DNA of 63,937 nucleotides, the filler included, from Octopus bimaculoides (taxonomy: Eukaryota), in NCBI RefSeq assembly GCF_001194135.2. It is 8 parts of 6 records of this genome, joined end to end, with 100 filler letters (N's around TTAATTAATTAA, not from the genome) between each part and the next. Parts side by side here need not be neighbours in the genome. Positions count along the whole stretch, not along the records: positions 1 to 17,129 come from NC_069004.1; 7 more parts are not named here. The stretch is one strand, 5' to 3'. The position numbers were made by a program, and so were the translations under genes. This document shows, piece by piece, positions 1 through 12,847 of the stretch. Numbering within the stretch: the first letter of the stretch is position 1; each line of letters opens with the position of its first letter. Under the pieces are notes generated by a model that saw only the letters and a list, made by a program, of their open reading frames with translations, had not been told where the DNA came from and did not search any database.

Positions 1-29
1 ATATATATGTATATATATATATATACACA

Positions 30-364
30 CATACATATGCATGTATGTGTACATGCGCGCGCGTGCTCGTGGTGCCTTGCACGCGCGTGTGCACACCTGC
101 TCCCTTGTGCGCGTGTGCATGTATATACAATCCTACACTTCCACAATTTCCACGCATACACATGTATGCGGGTGCGTGCACGTGTGTGTGTGTGTATATG
201 TGTGCGTGGGCGTGCACATGCATGCACGCACGTGTGCGCCCGTACACACGCGCACATGCATATGCATGTATACGCATACATATAAAGTTCTCAAGCCATA
301 TACACATACATACACACACACACATACATATATATACATATATACACACACATATATACATACA

Positions 365-412
<48 letters not shown>

Positions 413-1026
413 CATATACATACATACACACATACATATACACATACATACCCATACACATATATACACATACACTCATACATACACATATATACGCACA
501 TTTCTACGTACACCCATGCACATGTATATACACTTGTACATGTATATGTATGGATGTACGTANNNNNNNNNNAAACCCTCCCAATAATTGACCATTCTAA
601 CGAAAAATTCTTATTTTGTTTCTTTAACCCCCAAATAAACCTACTAAGACTAGTACTAGCTATTTTACTCCTATCTCTAAACGTATTAAAGTGACAAGAA
701 ATTCTCTTACAAATCTTATCCGAAGAACAACCCACATAAACACTAACATCTGTATCGCTCTTAACCTTACACTGATACACTATATTCTTTAATCTTACGT
801 TCGGACCCTCAAACCATAACCACCTATTATCGAAAACAACACGATTAGCTGATAACTTAGAAAGCCTTAACGAAATATTTCTAACCACATACATGTGTAT
901 GCGTGGAAATTGTCGTAGAAGTGTTGTAGAATTGTATATACATGCACACGCGCACAAGGGAGCAGGTGTGCGCACGCATGTGCAAGGCACCACGTGCGCG
1001 CGCGCACACACATACATGCATATGTA

Positions 1027-1028
<2 letters not shown>
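30..1028. repeat. Inverted repeat pair, arms ~30-168 and ~888-1028
   Basis: gtggtgccttgcac...cacacctgctcccttgtgcgcgtgtgcatgtatatacaat...acaatttccacgcatacacatgtatg occurs on + at left and on - at right. Confidence 0.85.
573..890 (-). pseudogene. Penelope-like element fragment: GIY-YIG endonuclease with a short RT-thumb remnant
   Basis: Minus-strand frame reads ISLRLSKLSANRVVFD...NIVYQCKV...VYVGCSSDKICKRISCHFNTFR...TSLSRFIWGLK...LEWSIIGR, matching the PLE GIY-YIG pattern (IVY/YVG, R..H, T.LS.FIW.LK, W.I). Confidence 0.8.
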
Positions 1029-1085
<57 letters not shown>

Positions 1086-1370
1086 GTGTGTGTATATGTA
1101 TTTGTTTTTACATAGATTTATAGATATATGTATATGGCTAGTCATTTTATTATCTTTATCTTATGATATTTACTTTGTATTATATTATACTCATTTATTG
1201 TGCTTTTAATTATTAATTTTTCTATATGTAACAGTGGATTTTCATCGATGAGTTCATGAACCTTGGTTCTTTTCCCTAAAACTATATATTTATATATATT
1301 TTACTCTGTAAGGCTCAATTTATAAATTGATTTTAATTGAGTTTTTACCTGTAATTTTGGATTTTGTCCC

Positions 1371-1464
<94 letters not shown>

Positions 1465-1616
1465 TGTATGTATACATATGTATATGTATATATAAAAAAT
1501 ACAAAATGGGACAAGAACGCAAAACAATCGGGCAGTTAGGTGATACAAAAATGGGACAACAAAATATCCAGATAGACGATACATGGAAAACAAGGACGGG
1601 TCATTCGAAGTTTTCT

Positions 1617-2975
1617 TCTCAGAGAAAACTAAACTCTAGGACTCAAACGCAGGAATTTCATATGAAACCAATCACCTAATTATCGATGCCACTACAATCC
1701 TTTTACTACTTTCGTCTCGTAGGCTGAAGGTGTGCTGGTGCATATTACACGTGCGCGCACGCCCACATATATATATATACATATATATGTATACATGCAT
1801 ATGCATATATATATACATATATATACACATATGTATATGAATATATATATATGTATAAATATACATATACACATGTATATGTATATACATAGATATATAT
1901 ATGTATATATATATGTATACATATATATATATGTATATATATATACATATATACATATATATATATATGTATATGTATATATNNNNNNNNNNNNNNNNNN
2001 NNNNNNNNNNNNNNNNNNNNNNNNNNNNNNNNNNNNNNNNNNNNNNNNNNNNNNNNNNNNNNNNNNNNNNNNNNNNNNNNNNNNNNNNNNNNNNNNNNNN
2101 NNNNNNNNNNNNNNNNNNNNNNNNNNNNNNNNNNNNNNNNNNNNNNNNNNNNNNNNNNNNNNNNNNNNNNNNNNNNNNNNNNNNNNNNNNNNNNNNNNNN
2201 NNNNNNNNNNNNNNNNNNNNNNNNNNNNNNNNNNNNNNNNNNNNNNNNNNNNNNNNNNNNNNNNNNNNNNNNNNNNNNNNNNNNNNNNNNNNNNNNNNNN
2301 NNNNNNNNNNNNNNNNNNNNNNNNNNNNNNNNNNNNNNNNNNNNNNNNNNNNNNNNNNNNNNNNNNNNNNNNNNNNNNNNNNNNNNNNNNNNNNNNNNNN
2401 NNNNNNNNNNNNNNNNNNNNNNNNNNNNNNNNNNNNNNNNNNNNNNNNNNNNNNNNNNNNNNNNNNNNNNNNNNNNNNNNNNNNNNNNNNNNNNNNNNNN
2501 NNNNNNNNNNNNNNNNNNNNNNNNNNNNNNNNNNNNNNNNNNNNNNNNNNNNNNNNNNNNNNNNNNNNNNNNNNNNNNNNNNNNNNNNNNNNNNNNNNNN
2601 NNNNNNNNNNNNNNNNNNNNNNNNNNNNNNNNNNNNNNNNNNNNNNNNNNNNNNNNNNNNNNNNNNNNNNNNNNNNNNNNNNNNNNNNNNNNNNNNNNNN
2701 NNNNNNNNNNNNNGATATATATATGTATATATATATGTATACATATATATATATGTATATATATATATATATGTATATAATGTATATATATGCATATGCA
2801 TGTATACATATATATGTATATATATGTGGGTGTGTGCGCACGTGTAATATGCACCAGCACACCTTCAGCCTACGAGACGAAAGTAGTAAAATGATTGTAG
2901 TGGCATCGATAATTAGGTGATTGGTTTCATATGAAATTCTTGCGTTTGAATCCTAGAGTTTAGTTTTCTCTGAGA
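1617..2975. repeat. Inverted repeat pair (1617-1770 / 2823-2975) enclosing AT/ATAC microsatellite and a gap
   Basis: ~154 bp arms starting tctcagagaaaactaaactctagga; I count 5 mismatches. Confidence 0.85.
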
Positions 2976-3329
2976 TTGGCACACACGCATACACTCAAAC
3001 AAATACGCGCGCGCACACACGCGCACACAATTCCTGCTTATACATACACTAGCACGTTGCGTTGTTTTATTGTTTATTTATCGATGTATTCGTTTCTGTT
3101 CAGATTGATATTATGTTTTCCGTTGGACAAAGCTTTTGTTTATTATTTTGTTTTTATTTTAGGTTGTTTCAAAAATACATTTTTAATTTTGACTTTGTTT
3201 TTCTCTGTTTGTGTAGTGCGTGTTTGAAGCAATAAGGTGAAAAATACTACATGAATTTTTTGTTTTCGTGCGATATATTATCATCGTTGTTGTTGCTGTT
3301 GTTGATATTATCATCATCGCCATTAATTA

Positions 3330-4006
3330 TTGGCATCTGGAATGTTGCCAGTCGCTCACTGCACTCTATCTGCTGACCCATGAGGTCGGAAGAACGTCAA
3401 TAATTACGTTCTATTGAAGGTTTAATGTAACATAAATGACAACGTTTGAGGAATAATTTTCTGGGCTGTCGACAAGGACATGTTGAGTAGTTAGTTACTT
3501 TTGGAGGACGTTCAGGTTAGAGAATTTGGACTGTTTCCAAAAGTTCTCGGCTTAGTAGTATGAATTGGATGAGAGGGACAAGCGTTACTGTATCGGAGCT
3601 CCTAGTAACTGACCATGTTCAAGATGCGCGCAGGACAACGAAACTGTCCAGTAAACGCTAGTTCGGTTCTGTGTTTACATTTAATTTATTAAATATGTGC
3701 ATTGCTGATTTGTGGGTTTATGTCTAGCATTTGTTATCGCATGCGGGGCGGATTTGGCTATCAGCCGAGTCTGTCGGGAAGATTGATCCACTACCTTCCT
3801 TTGGCAAGGATGAGCAATTTCCCTCTGCCAAGATACTATGGAGAAGAAAATGGTGTGGTAGACGAAGCTGAAAGATTTAAAGACAGAGGGATTTTTGCTT
3901 TTTTTTTTTTTAACCAAATCCTTATCAACTTTCTTCGAGTGCCTTTTTATGAGGAAGATGAAAGTACACTGAACCGCAAAAGAAACACGATTTTTTCAAA
4001 TGTTAT
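3330..4006 (+). mobile_element. Tx1/L1-group LINE unit 0: 5'-truncated, decayed ORF2 C-terminus
   Basis: Aligns by eye to 12200-12830: ECCQSLTAL vs ECRQALVLL; tttccaaaagttc shared; PCSRCAQDNETV vs TCSRCEQSSETV; LWVYV*HLLSHAGRIWL vs MWVYAEELLSQLGRVQL. Confidence 0.8.
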
Positions 4007-4410
4007 NNNNNNNNNNNNNNNNNNNNNNNNNNNNNNNNNNNNNNNNNNNNNNNNNNNNNNNNNNNNNNNNNNNNNNNNNNNNNNNNNNNNNNNNNNNNNN
4101 NNNNNNNNNNNNNNNNNNNNNNNNNNNNNNNNNNNNNNNNNNNNNNNNNNNNNNNNNNNNNNNNNNNNNNNNNNNNNNNNNNNNNNNNNNNNNNNNNNNN
4201 NNNNNNNNNNNNNNNNNNNNNNNNNNNNNNNNNNNNNNNNNNNNNNNNNNNNNNNNNNNNNNNNNNNNNNNNNNNNNNNNNNNNNNNNNNNNNNNNNNNN
4301 NNNNNNNNNNNNNNNNNNNNNNNNNNNNNNNNNNNNNNNNNNNNNNNNNNNNNNNNNNNNNNNNNNNNNNNNNNNNNNNNNNNNNNNNNNNNNNNNNNNN
4401 NNNNNNNNNN

Positions 4411-6090
4411 GGGAGAGGTGCTATGATGAAATACGAAGATGTAAGTTCGTCCGACGTCGTGTTGTCAGATGGAGAATTGATGAATTACACGAGTGGCATG
4501 AAGAAGGAGCTGGCAAGAGGAGGAAAAGAAAAAAACCGGAAAAAGTATCCAAAGTTTTACGGCGGTGGCTGGCGTGTCGAAGAAAAATGTGGAGTTTGAA
4601 AGGCAGCACTTGGTAAAATACCATATGTTAAAACGGGAGGGGTTCAAAGTAGAACTGATCCCTTCTAACGAAATTACGAGGGACATTTGCAAGAAAACGG
4701 TGATATTTAAGACATTTGTGATAAAGGAGAAGAAGATTGAAATGGCAACTAAGGTACAAACTGAAAAGTGCTTGGCACCCATCTGGCCGGAAATATCGTA
4801 CATGGCCAGGGGCGCCAGATAAGCTACAGTGGAAGTGCGGTTCCTAACAGAAGAAAAGGCCAGGCAACACTCCGTGGCCTCCCAGAAAACAGAAGAAATT
4901 ATATTATTACCATCTTACCGAGGAAGACGTGCTTCCAGGTAGAGGAGATATCCCCGGAGGTGGATGTTTCCTGGCTGATGGCAGCAATAACGATGGACTT
5001 GGACGAGAAAATATCGATCCTCCAAACCACGATAACATCAACGCAGAACTGGCTGGGGCAGGGACTGGAAATGATCATCCAGGCTGACCCGGTGATTTGG
5101 AAGATATCATCGACACCATTGTGGAGGGTGATAAGAGATTGAGCGTTGTAGTGGAGGGCAGAAAGCCTCGTTGCTACGAGTGTGGCCAGAAGGGCCACGT
5201 AAGGGCGGAATGCCCTCCACCTCCCGCAAGTGAGGGAAACCGCACTTCCAACTATCGCGGCATCGAATTAGGGAGTATGCGAAGAGGAGCCATGTGCGAC
5301 GGAAAAGAAAGACTAACAAGTGGAGGAAGAGATAGTAAATGGATGGAATAAAGTCACCAAAAGGAACAGAAAGAGGAGGAAGCGAAACCACACCAGTGAT
5401 GATGACCCCCACTCTACACCCACCTTTCCCTACCCCACTCTACACCCACCTTTCTCTACCCCACTCTACACCCACCTTTCTCTACCCCACTCCACCCATT
5501 CCTACCACCGCAGACACCAGTCCTCGTCCTGCCCCACCAAACATTCACCCCGACCATGACCCTACAGACACACAAGCAGACATACAGGAGCCCCAAATTT
5601 CCCAGCCCCCATCCCGTGGAAAGAGTTGTGTTGTAGCTTTCAATGAACTGAATGATGTGCCGACGAAGAAAATAATTTAGAAGACATTGTGAAAATTAAT
5701 ATTCCTCCTTGTACGAAGAATCCCTCAAATATGAGATGCGTTCTTGGTAGCGGATGTCAATTTCGCAGACTGAAGGGGAAGTTCGGGGGAAGTGTGTACC
5801 TTACGAACATTGAAGCCGATATTGAAATATTGCCATCTACGGTGAGTCTTCTAGATATTTTAGAAAATGATGGAAAAACTTTAATAATGTAATTGGTTGT
5901 AAAAGAGTTCAATGTGGTCACTCGGAGTGTTGGGTTCAAGTGGCCGTCATTCCACCCATTCATTAATTTTCTCTCATCTTTATTTTTTTCATTCGTTCTT
6001 TTTCCCACTTATGTGGTTTTGTCAGTCCTTGTGCTGTCCCCTCTATGTTTAACTCTTTGTAGTTGAGTTAAAATGAATTCGAAATCCGTC
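4411..6090 (+). mobile_element. Tx1-derived unit 1: ORF1-only element (ORF1 ~4423-5892, 3'UTR 5893-6090)
   Basis: Frameshifted gag-like ORF1 (EKCLAPIWPEISY, TVEVRF..EEKARQH, CCHC knuckle CYECGQKGHVRAEC, Pro/Thr-rich tract) runs with no gap and no ORF2 into the same 3'UTR as the full unit. Confidence 0.8.
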
Positions 6091-8113
6091 TGCCAAGAAT
6101 TAATGTTGTTATTTACGGTCAGTGTAGTTTGTTTGCTTGTTATATCACTGTTGCTGAATTGTTGAATATTGTTATTGCGTGTGTTTAATACACCATTATT
6201 TTACTGCTTTGCATCGGTCCTGTTATCGTTTTCCCCTTGTTTGAAGGCGGAAACGCTTGTTGGGGAAAATGTATTTCAGTTATGAAAGGTTGAGTCTTTC
6301 TGATTCGTCAGAAAGTAAAATGGTGGAGTCTATGATTAATATGGAGAAGATGTCGAGAGAAAAACGAGAAAAGTGTAAAAAGTTTTGCGGCTGCGACAGG
6401 TACTGTGAAGGAGGGGTATGTCGTTAAAATGACCCCTTCTAGTGAAGTGTCACAGGATGTGCTAGCAAAAATGGTGACATACAAGTCATATTTGATAAAG
6501 GAGAAAAAATCGACGCGGCAAAGAGGGATCAAATTGAAAAGTGCTTGGGACCCATCTGGCCGGAAATCAAGTACTTGGCCAGGGGTAACAAGTATGTGAC
6601 AGCTGATACGTTTTCACACTGAGGAAAGGTCCAGGCAGCAGACCGTGGCCGCCCTGAAGACAGACGAGATAATATTACTACCGACTTACCTTGGAAGGTG
6701 TGCTTCCAAGGTAAGAGTGGAGGAAATCCCACTAAAGGTGGACGTTGCCTGGCTGGAAGCAGCCATAACAATAGGCTGGTGGTGGGGGGGAATATCAATC
6801 CTCCGTGCAACAGGAATACAAACTCAGGAATGGCTGGGGCAGAGACTGGAAATGATTGTCCAGGCTGCCCCGGAGGATCTAGATATCATCGCAGACACCA
6901 TGCTGGGAGGTGAAAAAAAGTTGAGGGTTGTGGTGGAGGGCAGAAGGCCTCGTTATTTCAAGGACCACAGGAAAACAGAATGCCCTTCACCTCCCGTAAA
7001 AGCACCAGTAATCCTACCAGTGGTAAAGAAAATCGCGCATCCACCGCCTGCAACGACAAATGTGGAGGAAAAGAAGACAAGTGACGAATAAAATGATAAC
7101 GAATGGTTGCCAATGGAAAGAGAAAAAGGAGGAAGACCCACTCCACTGATACTAGCCCCTACCCTATCCCCACCCTTCCCTCACCTTGCCCCACTCTACC
7201 CCCAATCTACCCCCGCAGACACCAATCTACCCCCACTGACACCAACCCTGCCCCTACAAATATACAAACATACACACAGGACCATCAAACTCCCCATCCC
7301 TTCCCACCAAAACTTCGTTTGTATTTATGTACGATATAAAGGCAAAAGAGATAGAAAAAAGATTAAAAGATATGATGAGAGTAATAAGGATGAACACGCC
7401 TGTCGGGGATTTNNNNNNNNNNNNNNNNNNNNNNNNNNNNNNNNNNNNNNNNNNNNNNNNNNNNNNNNNNNNNNNNNNNNNNNNNNNNNNNNNNNNNNNN
7501 NNNNNNNNNNNNNNNNNNNNNNNNNNNNNNNNNNNNNNNNNNNNNNNNNNNNNNNNNNNNNNNNNNNNNNNNNNNNNNNNNNNNNNNNNNNNNNNNNNNN
7601 NNNNNNNNNNNNNNNNNNNNNNNNNNNNNNNNNNNNNNNNNNNNNNNNNNNNNNNNNNNNNNNNNNNNNNNNNNNNNNNNNNNNNNNNNNNNNNNNNNNN
7701 NNNNNNNNNNNNNNNNNNNNNNNNNNNNNNNNNNNNNNNNNNNNNNNNNNNNNNNNNNNNNNNNNNNNNNNNNNNNNNNNNNNNNNNNNNNNNNNNNNNN
7801 NNNNNNNNNNNNNNNNNNNNNNNNNNNNNNNNNNACAAACTTGATGTCGTGTGTTGACTGTTTTCTTTAAAAAAAAGTGTTTTTAAAAAAAGAGAAAAAG
7901 TGACTCAAACTATAAAGGGTTTTTTTTAAAAAAAGAGTTCAATGAGGCCACTTGAGATGTGGGGCTCGAGTGGCTGTCATTCTACCCTTCATTTTTTCAC
8001 ATTTCATCGTTTTTCATTCGTTTTTTCCCACTTGGTGTTTTTGTCTGTCCTTGTGTTGTCCCCTCTGTATTTCGACCCTGTGTGGTTAATTAAGAATAAA
8101 TTCGAAAACCGTC
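6091..8113 (+). mobile_element. Tx1-derived unit 2: probably ORF1-only (ORF1 ~6320-7412 into gap; 3'UTR ~7930-8113)
   Basis: ORF1 homology (LLPTYLGRCASKVRVEEIP..VDVAWL, VVVEGRRPR). The 422-N gap is far shorter than a ~3.2 kb ORF2. The shared 3'UTR follows. Confidence 0.7.
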
Positions 8114-8311
8114 AGCCACCGTGTGAGTTGTTCTATTTTGCTACTCAATGGTTTTTTTTTTTGTACTATTATTTTATAGCTGGAATTTGTTTAACTCTTC
8201 TGTTTTTGTTTTGCGGAACACCTTGTTTTCTGCGTTGTAGCAGACTTATTAACTTTTCACCCTTGTTTGAAGGGGGAAATTAACATTTTATTTGTACACT
8301 TGCCTTCAAAA

Positions 8312-8906
8312 ATGAGTAGTTCTTCAGACGAGGAAACTACCATTTACGGTAAAATTTTGGAACAATTGATTATTGACAAGCCCACAGATATGAATAGGAA
8401 AATGGGAATTACTGAGAATAAAGGAAAAAGTATAAGCTTTACAGCAGCAGCTGGCGTTACCGAGGAGAATTTAAAGTTTGGACTACCGAATGGATAAATA
8501 CAAGGGTCTACTACAAAGGGAGGGGTACGAAGTAAAGTGACCTCTCCTGGCAAAGTCACACAGAAAACGGCTCGAAGGACTATTTTTTTACAAGACCTTC
8601 TCTGTTAAAAATTTAAAAAATCGACGTGGCTACAAAGGAAGCCATTGAAAAGTGTTTACGACCGATATGGCAGGATGTATACTACATAGCCAGGAGAAAG
8701 AAATACGCCACGGTGGAGGTACAGTTCCGTACAGAAGAGAAAGCCAGACAGCACTCTTCGGGCTCACTCAAGACAGCAGAGGTGGTTCTCCTTCCCAATA
8801 CCTTGGAAGGCGTACTCCTACGCTAAGGGTGGTAGAAATACCACCGGAAGTAGATGTTACCTGGCTCGTGGCCGCTCTACTCTTGGGCTTGGAGGATAAA
8901 ATTATA
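8312..8906 (+). pseudogene. ORF1 (gag-like) of unit 3, remainder in gap
   Basis: ATKEAIEKCLRPIWQDVYYIARRKKYATVEVQFRTEEKARQH; stops and frameshifts present. Confidence 0.8.
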
Positions 8907-9590
8907 NNNNNNNNNNNNNNNNNNNNNNNNNNNNNNNNNNNNNNNNNNNNNNNNNNNNNNNNNNNNNNNNNNNNNNNNNNNNNNNNNNNNNNNNNNNNNN
9001 NNNNNNNNNNNNNNNNNNNNNNNNNNNNNNNNNNNNNNNNNNNNNNNNNNNNNNNNNNNNNNNNNNNNNNNNNNNNNNNNNNNNNNNNNNNNNNNNNNNN
9101 NNNNNNNNNNNNNNNNNNNNNNNNNNNNNNNNNNNNNNNNNNNNNNNNNNNNNNNNNNNNNNNNNNNNNNNNNNNNNNNNNNNNNNNNNNNNNNNNNNNN
9201 NNNNNNNNNNNNNNNNNNNNNNNNNNNNNNNNNNNNNNNNNNNNNNNNNNNNNNNNNNNNNNNNNNNNNNNNNNNNNNNNNNNNNNNNNNNNNNNNNNNN
9301 NNNNNNNNNNNNNNNNNNNNNNNNNNNNNNNNNNNNNNNNNNNNNNNNNNNNNNNNNNNNNNNNNNNNNNNNNNNNNNNNNNNNNNNNNNNNNNNNNNNN
9401 NNNNNNNNNNNNNNNNNNNNNNNNNNNNNNNNNNNNNNNNNNNNNNNNNNNNNNNNNNNNNNNNNNNNNNNNNNNNNNNNNNNNNNNNNNNNNNNNNNNN
9501 NNNNNNNNNNNNNNNNNNNNNNNNNNNNNNNNNNNNNNNNNNNNNNNNNNNNNNNNNNNNNNNNNNNNNNNNNNNNNNNNNNNAAGTAAA

Positions 9591-12500
9591 ATGTTTATGC
9601 TCTCACTCAAACAAGGTTGCATAAATGTGCGCGGCCTGGGGTCGGATTGGAAGCAAGGTCACCTTCTCAAGTCACCTTGTTTAGATTTGATAGTCACAAC
9701 TAAGACTAAACTGAGTGGCCTGCAGACTTTTCACCTCTCCTAAATGATTACGGGAAATTTATTTCTCCATACCAACCTGGAGTGGGGGGTAGTCGCAGTC
9801 TTACTTGGGAAAGGCCTAGGTTTGAATATAAGAACAATTTTTGTTGACCCGGAGGGCATGTTGGTCGTCCTTGATGTGACGTACAGCAGTGGTAAGTCCT
9901 TCAGGTTGGTGGCTGTCTATGCTCCTTGCGGAGCTGGGTAGTCTGAACTATTTCAGAGGCCTAGAGGATTTTCTAGGAACGTCACACACTTTAGTTTTGG
10001 TAGGAGACTTTAACACAATCTGCGATGCACGCGTCGATCGTGTTGGCTCGAATCCCGATAGGAGGGGAAGCCCTTGCCTCAGCGATCTGCTCAGTCATTT
10101 TCAGCTGGCAGATAGATACAGACTAGACTACCCGGACGCTCCATTGGGGTCTAATAGCAATGGGGCGTCTAGATCTTACTTAGATAGGATAATAGTCAGG
10201 TGTCCACAATTCCATTACGTCAGATACAGTGATCACAACTGGAAACTTGATAAGTCGCTATTAGTTTGTGTACAGGAGCCGGATAAGACAGTTAGTAATG
10301 AGGGCATTAACCGGATCCACTATTAACAACAAATGGTGGTGTGCCCTCAAAAGAACCATACAGTTTGAGTCTATTAGATTTTGTAAAATGTTAAGTATTA
10401 AGAAAAATAGAATAGAAAGGGCTTTAGTTAAGGCTCAAGAGGAGGCGTTGAGGTTTGGTGATGCACCCCGAATTTTGGCAGCGACATTGGCACTCGACCA
10501 ACAGCTCGAAGCTAAACACGAGGGATGCATTATCAGAGCAAAGCTACGTGCAATGTGACCGGAGGGAATTAACGCTGTTGGATGGACTCGTGTGGTAGAG
10601 GCCCAGCGTGGCAATAATTCCACGTTAAGCTCTTTGACAGATCAACATGAGCGTACGGTAAACGAACCCGAGGAGATATGTAAGGTTTTTCACGAGCATT
10701 TCGCCCAGCTGTTTGCGAGGGGCGGTGGGCCGGATCGAAGAGAGGACTTCATAGACTTCCTCGCTGGTTCGCCGCGTCTCTCGGGGCAGGAAGCGATATG
10801 CTGTGAAGGTCCGATCACGGCTGCGGAAGTGGAGGAGGCTTTGTCGGACTGCGGCGGGCACAAGTCGCCGGGACTGGATGGTCTTCTCTGCGTGCTATAT
10901 TACAGTATGCCAGATTTGTTTGAGCACCTACTAACATGCGTCTACACCAACTGGCAACAGAATGGGTATATACCTAGATCTGTGAGCCGGGGGGGGGGGT
11001 TGTAGTGCTGCTGAGAAAGGACCCAAACAAGGGGGATATAGCACATAATGCAGAGCTGAAGATTTTGGCCAAGGTATTAGCAAAAAGGTTGGTGCGGGTG
11101 GTAGATGGACTCGTCAGGGAGGCACAAACTTGCGCCATTCCCGGCAGGACTATACATGACAATTTCTACCTTATACGCTATACCTTAGAAAGGGTTAATA
11201 GGATACCTGGCAAGGATAGGGCATTGGTCCATTTAGACCAATATAAAGCTTTTGATAGGGTTGACCATCAGTACCTGGCGGCAGTCTTCATGGCGGCCGG
11301 GTTTGGCCCGACCTTCCGTGGGTGGATCAACGCTTTATACAATAACATCAAATCGATCGTTCGAGTGAACAGTTTCTTCTCGGAATCGTTCTGCATAGAG
11401 CGCTCGGTCCATCAAGGATGTCCTCTCTCCCCCACTTCCGTACGTTTTGCCTCTTGAGCCATTACTGCGGAAATTGGAGGCTGTGAGAGTTGTCCCGCGA
11501 GATCAAAGGTGTGGAAGATCGGTTACGGCGTATGTGGACATCACCGTCATCGTATCCAGGAACCAGGACCTACAGTTGGTAGGTGAAGCCCTAAAGGATT
11601 ACAAATCGGTGGCAGGAGCAAAAATTAACCGCAATGAGTCGTTCGACTTGCAGCTCGGCACCTGGAAAGGCAAGTCGATGTCGTCCAACAGCGTCGTCGG
11701 ACGCTGGACAGACGGACTGGTTAAATTTGCTAGGGGTCTGGTTCGGTCCAGACCTCCAGATAAAGAGGAACTGGAGCGAGGTTACGAGCAGGGTGGCTCT
11801 CCTAACCCAGACCTGGTCTGGACGGAGGCTATCCCTGAAAGGGAGGGTGGAGGTTGCAAATATGTTTATTCCATCTGTAATCACCTACCGCTAAACCGTT
11901 ATGCCTTGACCAGATTCGTGGCTGAACAAGTTGGAACGAATGCTCTTCCGCTTTTTGTGGCAGGGCATAGGACCGCTTGTAAGGCACTCTATCTGCTGTT
12001 AGCAACCGCTAAAGGGTGGGTTAGGGATACCGTGGCTAAAAATGCGCGGGCATGCGCTGAGGTTGAGGCATCTCTGACTCTACCTGGATGGTGAGTGGGT
12101 GTGATCTCCGTTCGTCAAACTGATACTTCCTCGGTTCACTTCTTTCCGTGAGTTGGAACCATGGATCAAGCGTAGACCTAAGCTGGGAGTACGGCAATCA
12201 GAGTGTCGTCAGGCACTCGTGCTCCTCTCCCGGACGATTAGCTCCAGCAGCGGGGGCTCCACCTCGTCATTCTCTAGAGGGTTGGTACAGATCAAGTGTG
12301 ACGACGGTGTGGAGGAAATTCTGGGTTTTGATGATAGTCAATTTGCCGGCCTGTTCCGAAGAACATTCAGGCTAATTTCCAAAAGTTCCTGGCATGGCAA
12401 TGTTACCGAGGAGCCTTACCAGTTCGGGATAAACTCGCCAGGCATGGCTCTTCGATCTCGCCCACATGCTCAAGATGCGAGCAGAGCAGCGAAACTGTTC

Positions 12501-12847
12501 TGCATGCAATTGTGCAGTGTCCGAGAATTTTAGAAATGTGGGTTTATGCCGAAGAACTGCTGTCACAACTAGGAAGAGTACAACTGTTACCCGAGTTAAT
12601 AATAAAGATTATTCCACCGCCCTCTCTGAATAGGGAAGGGTGGGCATGGTTCCTCTCCGTGGTGGCTATGGTGAAAGAGATAGTGTGGAAGACACGAAAG
12701 AAAGGAGTCGTGACAGGTACCTTCATCTCCGACCTTGGATTGTTAAACTTCCTTTGTTTCCACCTCAAGAGGAGGATAAGGTTGGAGAGGAAGCACTTAT
12801 TACCTAGTATGTACGAGAAAATGCTGAGAGTGAGTGAAACCACTTGA
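9591..12847 (+). pseudogene. ORF2: APE endonuclease + reverse transcriptase + C-terminal CCHC, disrupted
   Basis: APE motifs INVRGL, LVAVYAP, LVGDFN, SYLDR, YSDH. RT motifs KSPGLDGL, ELKILAKVLAKRL, QTCAIPGRTIHDN, LDQYKAFDRVDH, QGCPLSP, LLGVWFG. C-terminal CSRC...H...C. Multiple frameshifts. Confidence 0.92.

Noticed and set aside
7-2920. Many YI/HT/CV-rich ORFs here and elsewhere, and ORFs running through Ns
   Set aside because: Microsatellite and gap artefacts.
6078-6087. TTCGAAATCC as a tRNA B box or tRNA target
   Set aside because: No cloverleaf or A box on either side of any junction.
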